Source: Calditrichota bacterium
GTDB lineage: Bacteria > Electryoneota > AABM5-125-24 > Hatepunaeales > Hatepunaeaceae
Direction: 5' to 3'
DNA: 64,000 nt
Assembly: GCA_016867835.1 (NCBI GenBank)
Contig: VGIQ01000001.1
Coordinates: forward strand, 10,094 to 74,093
Part shown: positions 1 through 9,399 of the stretch, piece by piece
How the letters are laid out: each line of letters opens with the position of its first letter
Numbering within the stretch: the first letter of the stretch is position 1
Notes under the pieces: generated by a model
Seen by the model: only the letters and a program-made list of their open reading frames with translations
Database searches by the model: none
What the model was told of the DNA's origin: nothing
Position numbers and translations under genes: made by a program

Positions 1-238
1 CTGATCGAAAGGCATATCTAACTCCTTGATAATTGGGAATAAACGGTGAAGGTTGAGGCGCCATTGCCGGCATATGGTCCGGCCGGGGTCAAGGCTGCAA
101 CTGCCGTGGAAGATGTCGCAAGGTAATGAACCGCACCTCGAAAATCAAGCCTCACTCTCACCTCTCGCAACGATGGGGCAACTCGGGGGATCGCGTCAGG
201 GACTTTGAAAGCAGCGACTCCTGTTCCTATCTTGAGAG

Positions 239-1150
239 GTGAACATCAAGCGCGGTTTGGGACAAGCCCTCCTATATGGAGCGGCGGCACTTGCCGGATG
301 GGCGTTGGCAGGTCTTTTTAGGCCTCCCGCTCCCGAACCGGATCCGCTCGCTCCAACCCCGGCGCTCGGTCGAGCCATCGCCACAGCACTGCATCAAGTC
401 CTGACCGATGCCTATTTTGCGCCGTTGGAACGGCTCTCGGCTTACATGCTCGAGCACCCCGATCGAGGCGAGGTCAACATCGACCAAATGGCCAAGTGGG
501 CACCCGATGACGACCTCCCGACCTGCTTCGTCTGGTGGACCGACGGCAGCCGTCTCGCCACCGACCATCCGGTCGATCCCGACGCGATGCAGATAGTGCT
601 CGACAATCTGCGGAGCACCTTAGGTGAAGGCCTCCGCCCGGGTCAACTCTTCATACGTACCTTTAAAGCGCACGGTGAGCGCCACTGGCTTGGATTCCTG
701 CCGGTGCCGATGACGAATCTGATGCCTTACCAGTTCGCCGGCTGCTTCTTTTCCATCGACCGTTATCTGGAGAAGGACGTCCCCCGCCTGATCGACGGGT
801 TCATCGACCGGCCGCGCTTCCCGCTGGCGGAGTTCGAGAGCGATCATCCGGGAGTCCGCCCGGACGGACATGTCGCGCTGCGAATCCTGAACGGCGACGA
901 TGAGGTCTTCCTGGAGCGGGGCCGGACATTTACGCCGGAACAGTTGCTCTATTCCGAGTCGAAGTCCAATCCCGGGCCGGTGATTGTGGCTTTGCAGCGC
1001 AACTGGGACCTCGAAATCTACAGTTCCCGTTACCGGCAGACCACCCCGGCGCCTTCACCTATTCCGGCATACGCGGCTCTTATGTTGGCTATGGTAATGG
1101 CCATTACCGGGTTTCTGCTGCTTCGCACTGTCTCGCGTGTCGGTACATGA
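239..1150 (+). CDS. hypothetical protein with a hydrophobic N-terminal (signal/TM) segment and a C-terminal TM helix
   Basis: 303-aa ORF with GTG start. N-terminus LLYGAAALAGWALAGLF and C-terminus AALMLAMVMAITGFLLL are hydrophobic. No catalytic motif recognised. Confidence 0.45.
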   Translation: MNIKRGLGQALLYGAAALAGWALAGLFRPPAPEPDPLAPTPALGRAIATALHQVLTDAYFAPLERLSAYMLEHPDRGEVNIDQMAKWAPDDDLPTCFVWWTDGSRLATDHPVDPDAMQIVLDNLRSTLGEGLRPGQLFIRTFKAHGERHWLGFLPVPMTNLMPYQFAGCFFSIDRYLEKDVPRLIDGFIDRPRFPLAEFESDHPGVRPDGHVALRILNGDDEVFLERGRTFTPEQLLYSESKSNPGPVIVALQRNWDLEIYSSRYRQTTPAPSPIPAYAALMLAMVMAITGFLLLRTVSRVGT

Positions 1151-2294
1151 CTTCCTACCCGCTGAAGTCCCAAACTTACAACACTGTTCCTTGACCGCTC
1201 ACTCACTTTACACCCGTGCCCGCCCCCGACTTGCCGAGATCGCTCCCTACGAACCGGGCAAGCCGATCGCCGAGGTTGAGCGCGAGTTAGGCCTCACCGG
1301 CGTGGTGAAACTGGCCTCCAATGAGAACCCTCTCGGACCATCACCGCGAGCGCTGGAGGCTGTCGGAGAGGCTCTTCGCGGCTTGCACCGCTACCCCGAC
1401 GGTGCGGCATTTGAACTGCGGTCGAAACTGGCTGTACGGCACGGCGTCTCCTTTGACTCGGTGGTTATGGGCAACGGCTCGACGGAACTGGTGGAACTGG
1501 TAGCCGAAGCCTTTATCGGCGACGGCGAGGAGGCGGTTATTGGGCGCTATGAGTTCTTCAAATACCGCATTGCAGTCCAGATCATGAACGGCGTCGTCTG
1601 CTGGGCCGAAATGCCGGGTCTAGGTTACGATCCTGATGCGCTTCTGAGGGCTTTGACTCCGCGGACTAAGGTGCTCTTCATCGCCAATCCTAACAACCCG
1701 ACCGGGACCTTGCTTGACCGGGATGGCACGGACTATCTGATAAACCGGGTGCCCGGCGACCTGATCGTCGTTTTCGATGAAGCCTACTACGACTATCGCG
1801 TTCCGGAGGTCTATCCCGACACCCTCACATATGTTCGTGAGGGCCGTCCGGTGATCGTCTTTCGCACTTTTTCCAAATCCTATGGACTGGCCGGCCTGCG
1901 CGTCGGCTATGCCATCGCCCCGTTGCCCCTGGCGAACGCCCTGCAGCGGGTTCGCGAGACCTTCAATGTCAACTCGTTAGGTCAGGCGGCGGCACTAGCG
2001 GCGCTTGACGACGACGACTTTCTGGCCCGCAGCATCGCCCTCAATCGCGAGCAGATGATGGTCTTCGAGTCGGAACTGCTCCGATTGGGGCTTAAGTTTG
2101 TCCCGAGTGCTGCGAATTTCCTGCTCGTCCGGACGCTGCTGCCGGGACGGGAGTTGTTCAACCGCTTGCTGCGACTTGGCGTTGTCGTCCGGCCCGTCGA
2201 TTCCTATGGCCTTAACAATTACGTCCGGGTCTCGATAGGACTTCCGGAAGAGAATCGACGCTTCTTCGACACCTTGGGCGAGGTCGTTGGATGA
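1137..2294 (+). CDS. hisC: histidinol-phosphate aminotransferase (class II PLP aminotransferase)
   Basis: N-terminal KLASNENPLGPSP motif typical of HisC. Length (385 aa) and PLP-lysine region (FSKSYGLAGLRVGY) are consistent. Overlaps the upstream ORF by 14 bp. Confidence 0.8.
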   Translation: MSVHDFLPAEVPNLQHCSLTAHSLYTRARPRLAEIAPYEPGKPIAEVERELGLTGVVKLASNENPLGPSPRALEAVGEALRGLHRYPDGAAFELRSKLAVRHGVSFDSVVMGNGSTELVELVAEAFIGDGEEAVIGRYEFFKYRIAVQIMNGVVCWAEMPGLGYDPDALLRALTPRTKVLFIANPNNPTGTLLDRDGTDYLINRVPGDLIVVFDEAYYDYRVPEVYPDTLTYVREGRPVIVFRTFSKSYGLAGLRVGYAIAPLPLANALQRVRETFNVNSLGQAAALAALDDDDFLARSIALNREQMMVFESELLRLGLKFVPSAANFLLVRTLLPGRELFNRLLRLGVVVRPVDSYGLNNYVRVSIGLPEENRRFFDTLGEVVG

Positions 2295-2405
2295 CGATAA
2301 CGGCGGTTTCTGCGGTTCGGGGTGAGATTGCCTAGGCAAGCGTGTCATGGGCGATCTTATTCGTCTTATGATGGATGCTGACCTTCGTCAGCATGATGCA
2401 GGTGA

Positions 2406-3326
2406 TTGATGCTGACCTTCATCAGCATGATGCAAGACCATACAGTGATGGACCTCTTCAACCGCATCCTGCTTTCCCTTCTCTATCTTCTGACTATCAC
2501 GGTCGTCGTTTTCGTCGCAATAGACGCATGGGACTATTGGGCGACGCCGGGCATCGAGCGACCTTATCACCCCCGTCATTCGGATTATAAGCCTTCAGGC
2601 CGGATCGCTCACGGATTAGGGATTGCCGGATCGTCCTTGATGGTGGCGCTGCTCACCTATTCCGCACGTAAGCGGCTGCGAATCTTCCACGGCCGAGGCA
2701 ACATTCGCTGGTGGCTCAACTACCATATCTGGATGGGAATCACCGGCCCTCTTTTAGTCGTCCTGCACACATCGTTCAAGATCGGGGGGATAGTCGCGGT
2801 TTCGTTCTGGTCGATGGTCGGGGTGGCGCTCTCGGGTATCCTCGGTCGCTACCTATACCTGCAAATCCCGCGCACCCGGACCGGCGTTGAATTCCCACTT
2901 AAAGACCTGCAGAACGAAGAGATCCGTATGACAGCCGATCTAATGGATCGGTTTAACCTATCCGGAGACTCACTGGCGGCGGTGCAGGACTTCGAAGCAG
3001 GTCGAGCCAGGAGTGGGCTGCCCGGCCTATTCGGTATGCTTCTCGACAGCATTACCCGACCTTACCGACTGCACTTGCTCAGGAGGCGTTTGCAATCCGG
3101 GGGGAATCTCGACCGCTCAACTTTTCAGCAAGTGCTGCGTCTCGTCCGACGTCGGGTACTGCTATCCCGTCGCATTCGGTTCCTTGACACGGCACATCAG
3201 TTGCTGCATCACTGGCACGTTATCCACCGCCCGTTCGCAGTGGTGATGTTGGTGATTATGGTGATTCACATTGTCGTGGCGCTCCTGTTCGGCTACGTCT
3301 GGCTGCTTGGGCCTGAGGGCTCATGA
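2406..3326 (+). CDS. hypothetical polytopic membrane protein
   Basis: 306-aa ORF with several hydrophobic helices (LLSLLYLLTITVVVFVAI, LGIAGSSLMVALL, ITGPLLVVL, VAVSFWSMVGVALSGILG, VVMLVIMVIHIVVALLF). No known catalytic motif. Confidence 0.5.
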   Translation: MMLTFISMMQDHTVMDLFNRILLSLLYLLTITVVVFVAIDAWDYWATPGIERPYHPRHSDYKPSGRIAHGLGIAGSSLMVALLTYSARKRLRIFHGRGNIRWWLNYHIWMGITGPLLVVLHTSFKIGGIVAVSFWSMVGVALSGILGRYLYLQIPRTRTGVEFPLKDLQNEEIRMTADLMDRFNLSGDSLAAVQDFEAGRARSGLPGLFGMLLDSITRPYRLHLLRRRLQSGGNLDRSTFQQVLRLVRRRVLLSRRIRFLDTAHQLLHHWHVIHRPFAVVMLVIMVIHIVVALLFGYVWLLGPEGS

Positions 3327-3476
3327 TGCCAGACGGGCACTTTTTTGAAGGATAGTTGCGAATGTTAACTTTTGCTATTGCAACTATCGGTCAAAGACGC
3401 TAAATTCAACTCGTGATGTCATCGGACCTGACTGGACATCACCTTCAGCCCGGCCTTTACCCTAAGGAGAGTTGGA

Positions 3477-3524
3477 TGCCTCGTAAGTCGTCTTTAGCGG
3501 GCGCTCGATGCCGAAGATAGCCGT
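3477..3524 (+). other. 15-codon upstream ORF (MPRKSSLAGARCRR) whose stop overlaps the leuB start; possible translational-coupling uORF
   Basis: Strong SD-like AAGGAGAG sits 6 nt upstream of this ATG, not of the leuB ATG at 3508. It is in a different frame from leuB. It is not leucine-rich, so it is not a classic leu leader peptide. Confidence 0.3.
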
Positions 3525-4551
3525 CATACCCGGGGACGGGATCGGTATCGACGTTACCCGTGAGGCTTTGAAGGTTCTCGCCGCTATTCGCGACCAGGGC
3601 GTCGATTTGACCTGGGATGAGTTCGATTACGGCGCCGAGAAGTATCTCGCCACCGGAATCACCCTCCCCGATGCCCAGATCGACGAGTTTCGCCGCCACT
3701 ACGACGCTGTCTATGTCGGCGCGGTCGGCGACCCTCGCGTCCCCGATATGAAGCATGCTGCCGACATTCTGCTCGGTCTCCGATTCAAACTCGACCTCTA
3801 CGTCAACTACCGTCCCTGCCGACTGCTCGACGAATCGCTCTGCCCTCTGAAGGGCAAGCGCCCTTCCGATGTCAACTTCGTCGTTTTTCGTGAGAACACC
3901 GAGGGAATGTATGCCGGCGTCGGCGGGCACCTGAAGAAGGGCACTGCCGACGAGGTGGCGCTTCAGACTTCGATCAACACCCGCAAGGGCGTCGAGCGGA
4001 TCATTCGCCACGCCTTCGAGTATGCCAGGACATTCGGCCTAACCCGGGTGACGATGTCCGACAAGTCGAACGCGATGCGCTTCGAGGGTGACCTTTGGCA
4101 GCGGACGTTCTACGAGGTGGCTGCCGAATATCCGGACATCGAAGCTAACCATTGGTACATAGACGCGCTCCTGATGCAGATGGTGAAGCGACCCGAGCAG
4201 TTTCAGGTGATCGTCACGTCCAATATGTTCGGCGACATTGTAACCGATATGGGCGCGCAGATTTGCGGCGGGCTCGGTCTGGCGGCATCGGGGAACATCC
4301 ATCCCGGGCGGGTGTCGCTCTTCGAGCCGGTGCACGGCTCGGCGCCGAAGTATGCCGGCAAGGATGTAGCCAATCCCCTGGCTGCGATCCTGACCGCGGG
4401 ACTGATGCTGGAGCACCTTGGCCATCCGCAATGGACCTGGCAGCTTGAAGATACTGTCAAGGAGATGATTGCTTCCGGCGAAGTGCCGGTCGATATGGGA
4501 GGGAAGTTGGGGACGGCGGCGACAGGGGATAGGGTGGTGAGGGGGCTATAG
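3508..4551 (+). CDS. leuB: 3-isopropylmalate dehydrogenase (isocitrate/isopropylmalate dehydrogenase family)
   Basis: N-terminus MPKIAVIPGDGIGIDV and the NMFGDIVTDMGA and GSAPKYAGKD motifs of beta-decarboxylating dehydrogenases. 347 aa. Sits adjacent to leuC/leuD. Confidence 0.8.
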   Translation: MPKIAVIPGDGIGIDVTREALKVLAAIRDQGVDLTWDEFDYGAEKYLATGITLPDAQIDEFRRHYDAVYVGAVGDPRVPDMKHAADILLGLRFKLDLYVNYRPCRLLDESLCPLKGKRPSDVNFVVFRENTEGMYAGVGGHLKKGTADEVALQTSINTRKGVERIIRHAFEYARTFGLTRVTMSDKSNAMRFEGDLWQRTFYEVAAEYPDIEANHWYIDALLMQMVKRPEQFQVIVTSNMFGDIVTDMGAQICGGLGLAASGNIHPGRVSLFEPVHGSAPKYAGKDVANPLAAILTAGLMLEHLGHPQWTWQLEDTVKEMIASGEVPVDMGGKLGTAATGDRVVRGL

Positions 4552-5323
4552 TAATCCTAGATCTCTAAGCCTTGCCCTTAATGAGGCATCTCTTCCTATG
4601 TATTTGAAACCATGAATTTTAACAGACCTATTGTCAGGCATGATTTCGGAATCAAAGTAAGGTGCAATAGGCTGGAGATGATCGATAATGCCATTTTCTG
4701 CAAATTGAAAGACAACGCCTGCCAGGTGATCTGCCAACTGTAAGATGCGAGTGTCGTGGGAGGGACGGCAAGGTGAATACGGTTTCAATGACATTATCCA
4801 ACGGTGCCCAGCGATGCCCCTGCTGCTGGAAAGTCCTTTGCAAGCTTTGCAATATTCGGTCTTGAGTAGTTGTCCGTCGGTCGAACACAATGATTCCCTT
4901 ATGCCAAAACCCTTCGGCCCATCTCCGCTTCAAAAAGAGATTGAACCTTGAACTGAGCTGTTCGAACACCTCGTGCTCGATGGTGCTTTTCAGCGGACCA
5001 CAGGTATGCTTATCAATGATGACGCAAAAAGAACTGAAATCCCTGTGATGAAGTTGCCAAACCGACTCAATACGAGTCCATAGTGCGTTGCGATCATCGT
5101 GTGTCAGGTGCGAATAAACACCCTTTCCATGCCGCAGGTGCTTGAAATGAAACTCGACCCGTACTCCTGCATCCGGAAAGAAATCTCGTTGGATGTTTTC
5201 GATGTATTCAGTGACTTTTCGCCAGGCGCCTTCAAAGAGTGCTATGCCAGCCAGAACGTAGTGTCTGGTCGATTCCGCCCCCAAACCGGTATCACCGGAT
5301 TCATCTACGTAGAGGATATACAT
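4546..5323 (-). pseudogene. DUF3800-family protein gene, apparently frameshifted (N-terminal part in ORF 4652..5323, C-terminal part in ORF 4546..4890)
   Basis: N-terminus MYILYVDESGDTG is the DUF3800 hallmark. The conserved C-terminal segment (RILQLADHLAGVVFQF...) continues in a different frame after a C/G-tract near 4755-4770. The region is visibly lower in GC than its flanks. Confidence 0.5.
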
Positions 5324-5462
5324 TGGTTATCTCGGATAGAGTAAACGCTGGGTGGTTTCCCAACGAGGCCCCCTACGAAGCCTCTCCCAGCGTTGATATA
5401 GGATACGAAACGACTTTGTCAAAGTCAAGCAAAATCGAATCCAATGAGGTTCGCTTAACAAA

Positions 5463-6737
5463 TTGACCCTCGCTGAGAAGATCCTCGCCCGCCATTCGGG
5501 TCGCGACCGCGTCAAGCCCGGCGACCTAATGATGGCGAAGGTCGATATGGTGCTCGGCACCGACGTCACCGTCCCGCTCTCGGTCGAGGTTTTTCGCTCG
5601 ATGGGCGCGACGCGCCTTTTCAATCCGGCGAAGGTCGTCCTCGTCAACGACCACTTCGTCCCGGCCAAGGACGTCCAGGCCGCGACGCTCTCGCAGACGA
5701 TGCGCAACTTTGCCCGCGAGCAGGGTGTCGTTCATTACTACGAGGTCGGAAGGTCGGGGATCTGCCATTCGCTTCTGCCCGACGAAGGCCTCGTCGCACC
5801 GGGGGACCTCGTTGTCGGCGCGGACAGCCATACCTGCACTTACGGCGCGTTAGGCGCCTTCTCAACCGGCATCGGCTCGACCGATATGGCTTGCGCCTGG
5901 GCATTGGGGGAACTCTGGTTCCGCGTTCCGGAGACGATCCGGATCGACCTCTATGGTGAACCGGCTCCCTATGTCGGGGCCAAGGACATCATCCTAAACG
6001 TTATCGGAACACTTGGCGTCGATGGCGCGATCTATCAAGCACTTGAATTCGGCGGTGAAGCAATCCGCCAAATGACCATGGACGGACGGATCACGCTCTG
6101 CAATATGGCTATCGAAGCCGGCGCCAAAGCCGGCCTGATCGAACCGGACTGGACCACCGCAGCCTATATTGATGAAATCCGTCGCCGCAAGGGGCGTCCG
6201 GCGATGCCCGAAGCAGCCCTCGACCTGACCAGCGATCCCGATGCGCGTTATACGCGGCGGCTTGCCTTCGACGTCGGCTCCATCCGGCCTACCGTGGCGG
6301 TTCCCTACCTGCCATCGAACATTGCACCGGCGGCTGCGTTGGGTGACATCAAAGTTGATCAGGTAGTGATTGGCTCCTGCACCAACGGACGGATCGAGGA
6401 CTTCCGTATCGCTGCCGAAGTGTTGGGCGAAAGGCCGGTTCATCGGGAAGTTCGGCTGCTCATCATCCCGGCTACGCCTGAAATCTATAAAGCGCTCATC
6501 AGCGAAGGTCTTGCCGCGCAATTTATGGAAGCCGGAGCGGTTATCACGCCACCTACCTGCGGGCCTTGCATCGGCGGGCATATGGGGGTTCTGGGTGCCG
6601 GTGAGACCGGCCTCTTCACCACCAACCGCAACTTTCACGGCCGCAACGGGCATCCCGATTCACGGGTCTATCTGGCTGGACCGGCAGTGGCCGCGGCGAG
6701 CGCGGCAGCCGGGAGGATCGTTGAGCCGGAGAGATGA
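5463..6737 (+). CDS. leuC: 3-isopropylmalate (or homo-)aconitase-type dehydratase large subunit, archaeal-type (~420 aa)
   Basis: TTG start. Aconitase-family motifs are present (MTLAEKIL..., DSHTCTYGALGAF, CTNGRIED, PPTCGPCIGGHMG). 424 aa matches the LeuC/HacA type. Confidence 0.8.
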   Translation: MTLAEKILARHSGRDRVKPGDLMMAKVDMVLGTDVTVPLSVEVFRSMGATRLFNPAKVVLVNDHFVPAKDVQAATLSQTMRNFAREQGVVHYYEVGRSGICHSLLPDEGLVAPGDLVVGADSHTCTYGALGAFSTGIGSTDMACAWALGELWFRVPETIRIDLYGEPAPYVGAKDIILNVIGTLGVDGAIYQALEFGGEAIRQMTMDGRITLCNMAIEAGAKAGLIEPDWTTAAYIDEIRRRKGRPAMPEAALDLTSDPDARYTRRLAFDVGSIRPTVAVPYLPSNIAPAAALGDIKVDQVVIGSCTNGRIEDFRIAAEVLGERPVHREVRLLIIPATPEIYKALISEGLAAQFMEAGAVITPPTCGPCIGGHMGVLGAGETGLFTTNRNFHGRNGHPDSRVYLAGPAVAAASAAAGRIVEPER

Positions 6738-7285
6738 TGCGCTCACTGACTCTCTCGCCTGCCAATAGAGCAAAGTTCACTATGACCAACGATAGAGAAG
6801 AGCGGATCACCTTCGAACGGCTCTCCGACAGCCTCGGTTTCCGGGTCAACTATCTGGCGCGGCTGATGCGCAGTGAACTGGAGTTTCGCATCAAGCCGTT
6901 TGGGTTGAACGGCACTACCTGGCCGGTGATGGTTGCGCTCTACGAACAGGACGGTCAGTCCCAAAGCGATATTGGCGACCGCACCGGAATGGACGCGCCG
7001 ACGATGACCCGGGCTCTCGACAACCTCGAAGCGAGACGCTACATCGACCGCTACCGCGACGACCACGACCGCCGGGTGCAATTGATCCTGTTGACCCGCG
7101 AAGGTCGCAGCGTCGCCATCCGCGCAGCGCAAATCGGTGAGGAAATCAACCGCGAAACAGTCCAGTTGCTGTCGGAAGAGGAGCGGGAGATTCTTTGGAG
7201 CAGCGTCTCGCGAATCGAGACTGCTCTGAAGAGCCTGATCGAAAAACGGGTGGATTATTATGCTGACGAGGCGAGTCGGGTATGA
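6734..7285 (+). CDS. MarR-family transcriptional regulator
   Basis: Winged-helix region (LTRALDNLEARRYIDRYRDDHDRRVQLILLTREG) typical of MarR. ATGA overlap with the leuC stop. Inserted between leuC and leuD. Confidence 0.7.
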   Translation: MMRSLTLSPANRAKFTMTNDREERITFERLSDSLGFRVNYLARLMRSELEFRIKPFGLNGTTWPVMVALYEQDGQSQSDIGDRTGMDAPTMTRALDNLEARRYIDRYRDDHDRRVQLILLTREGRSVAIRAAQIGEEINRETVQLLSEEEREILWSSVSRIETALKSLIEKRVDYYADEASRV

Positions 7286-7354
7286 CCATTGTGTGGGTTA
7301 GCGGGCAAGCGAGTAGACGGGTAAGCGAGTAGCGGGCTTCAGAATTAGGGAGGT

Positions 7355-7852
7355 TTGTTGGGAGTTGCTTTCAAATACGGCGATTCGGTCGATACCGACG
7401 TCATCATTCCGGCGCGTTATTGCACCCGGTTCGATGCGGTTTATCTGGCGCAGCACTGCCTCGAAGACCTCGACGCGACATTTGCCAGCCGGGTCCGCCC
7501 CGGAGACATCGTCGTGGCAGGCGAGAACTTTGGCTGTGGCTCGTCGCGCGAGAACGCGCCGATTGCCATCAAAGGCGCCGGTGTTGCGGCGGTTATCGCA
7601 AAATCGTTCGCCCGCATTTTTTACCGCAACTCGATCAACATCGGCCTGCCGATCCTGATCTGTCCCGACGCCGTTGAAGGCATTCAAGACGGTGATAAAG
7701 TCGAGGTCGCACCCGCCAACGGGACGATTCGCAACCATACCCGGGGCGGGGAGTGGCAGGCAGCGGCGTTTCCGGCCGAGATCCAGGGCATCATCGAAGC
7801 CGGGGGACTGGTTGGCTATGTACGAGCCAGACTCCAAAACGCAGCCTCTTGA
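7355..7852 (+). CDS. leuD: 3-isopropylmalate dehydratase small subunit (LeuD, short archaeal-type)
   Basis: [22 protein letters not shown] and [14 protein letters not shown] are LeuD swivel-domain motifs. 165 aa. Confidence 0.8.
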   Translation: MLGVAFKYGDSVDTDVIIPARYCTRFDAVYLAQHCLEDLDATFASRVRPGDIVVAGENFGCGSSRENAPIAIKGAGVAAVIAKSFARIFYRNSINIGLPILICPDAVEGIQDGDKVEVAPANGTIRNHTRGGEWQAAAFPAEIQGIIEAGGLVGYVRARLQNAAS

Positions 7853-8053
7853 CGCTCGTGGAGGGCGGGTTTCAACCCCCCAATAACGGATAGGAATGTC
7901 TGCCCTTCTGCACGGGCGACGCTGTGCAAAATCACCCAATCAAACGTCGGATACTGTGCCAAACCACACCTATACTGCATCAGTCCGTCCGGTATAGGCC
8001 AATAGCCTTGTAGATAGCCCGTTAGAATCACGTAAGTATCTAATAATCAGTTA

Positions 8054-8069
8054 TGGAACGATATTTGCA
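8054..8069 (+). promoter_or_regulatory. candidate sigma-54 (-24/-12) promoter TGGAAC-N5-TTGCA upstream of the catabolic operon
   Basis: TGGAACgatatTTGCA matches the TGGCAC-N5-TTGC spacing (GG and GC 10 nt apart). It sits about 55 nt upstream of the 8125 start in an AT-richer intergenic region. A sigma-54 activator is encoded in the window. Confidence 0.4.
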
Positions 8070-8124
8070 AATGCGACCTTTACAGATACAAGTGTGTGCA
8101 AAAATTGCATAACAGGGCATTTTA

Positions 8125-9399
8125 ATGACTGGTATCGTGCCTGACCATAAGCCCGGATCAGGTCCTTATGGTGCGGCTTACATCCCTTATGGCGCCTGGG
8201 GCGGCAGTTGGTTTCCGGCCTGGCACACCAGCGCGTTGGCTGAGATCGATATCGGACGGTTCGCCGCTGAGGCTTTTGCCTTTGTCCTTGGGCAGCGCGG
8301 CATCCGCACTGTCGACCTCGACTACCTGATCAGTGGCTCGACGATTCCCTGGCTTTTCAAGTTCTGGGGTTCGCCCTATCTGTCGCATCTCTTCGGCAAA
8401 CGACTGCCCGGTTTTCACCTCGAGCAGGCCTGTGCGACGGGATTGCAGGTGATCGTCAAGGCGACCGCACAGGTTGCCTCGGGCAGCCACCGCGCGGTCG
8501 GGGTGCTCGCCTTCGACAAGACGAGCAACTCGCCGGCTTCGATCTTCCCAAACCAAGGCAGTTACCGCCGGACGGAAGTCCAAAGCGACGTGTGGGACAA
8601 TTTCGGCTTCGACCCGTCGGCGGGAGCCTCCGGACGGGCGCAAGCCTCCGGCGAGACTTCGATGATTGCTTGCGCCGGGCGAGCCTGCCGTCAGTTTAAA
8701 TTGGACTTCAGCGAGATTGCCGATCTCGCCTGGCATCGTTATCAGCAGTATTTCGACGCCAGGTCCTCGGGCTGGCTGGACCGGATTCTCTTCCCGATGT
8801 CGGTTCTCGACGTGCGTGGGCAGAAGATCGGAACCGTCGATGAAGACACCGGCGTCCGACGCTACGAATCGGCGGATCAGATCCGAGCCGAGCGGCAGAT
8901 CGACGCCGGGGTCAGCGCCGGAACCCAGACCCACGCCTCGGACGGAATGTTCGGGATGGTCGTAACCGACCGGGAGGGTTTGTCGCAATTCAGTTCCCGC
9001 CCTGAGATCGCGATTCAACTGCTTGGCGCAGCCGAATATCGCACCGCGCTTGGAATGATGCCCGAAGCCCCCGCGTTAGCCGCCGCGCAACTCCTGAACC
9101 GGCTCGGCCTGAAGATCGGCGATGTTACGACCTTCTACGACCACAATCCATTCGCTGTTAACGACTTGATCTTCGCGCGGCACTTCGGGATAGATTGGCA
9201 CCCGATGAACGAGACCGGCTGCCCGCTTGTCTATGGCCATCCGCAAGGTCCAACATTGGTGCGGGTCACCGTCGAAGCCCTTGAAAGAACCGTTGAAAAG
9301 GGCGGCGGACTCGCCCTGGTCTTCGGCTGTGCAGCCGGTGATGTCGGGATAGCCGCACTCTTTCGGGTCGATGATCATAAAGCGGGGGGATCAAAGTGA
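8125..9399 (+). CDS. divergent thiolase-family protein
   Basis: Active-site-like EQACATGLQV (thiolase N-terminal Cys region) and C-terminal GHPQGPT ... FGCAAGDVG resemble thiolase His/Cys signature regions. GTGA overlap with the next gene. Confidence 0.55.
   Translation: MTGIVPDHKPGSGPYGAAYIPYGAWGGSWFPAWHTSALAEIDIGRFAAEAFAFVLGQRGIRTVDLDYLISGSTIPWLFKFWGSPYLSHLFGKRLPGFHLEQACATGLQVIVKATAQVASGSHRAVGVLAFDKTSNSPASIFPNQGSYRRTEVQSDVWDNFGFDPSAGASGRAQASGETSMIACAGRACRQFKLDFSEIADLAWHRYQQYFDARSSGWLDRILFPMSVLDVRGQKIGTVDEDTGVRRYESADQIRAERQIDAGVSAGTQTHASDGMFGMVVTDREGLSQFSSRPEIAIQLLGAAEYRTALGMMPEAPALAAAQLLNRLGLKIGDVTTFYDHNPFAVNDLIFARHFGIDWHPMNETGCPLVYGHPQGPTLVRVTVEALERTVEKGGGLALVFGCAAGDVGIAALFRVDDHKAGGSK

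Noticed and set aside
1-238. Possible start of a minus-strand gene running off the left edge (reverse complement of positions 1-15 reads ATGCCTTTCGATCAG)
   Set aside because: Only 5 codons are visible, so it cannot be supported.
5994-9018. Several 200-290-aa minus-strand ORFs (5994..6653, 7298..7939, 8158..9018)
   Set aside because: All antisense to leuC, leuD and the thiolase-family gene. Shadow frames.
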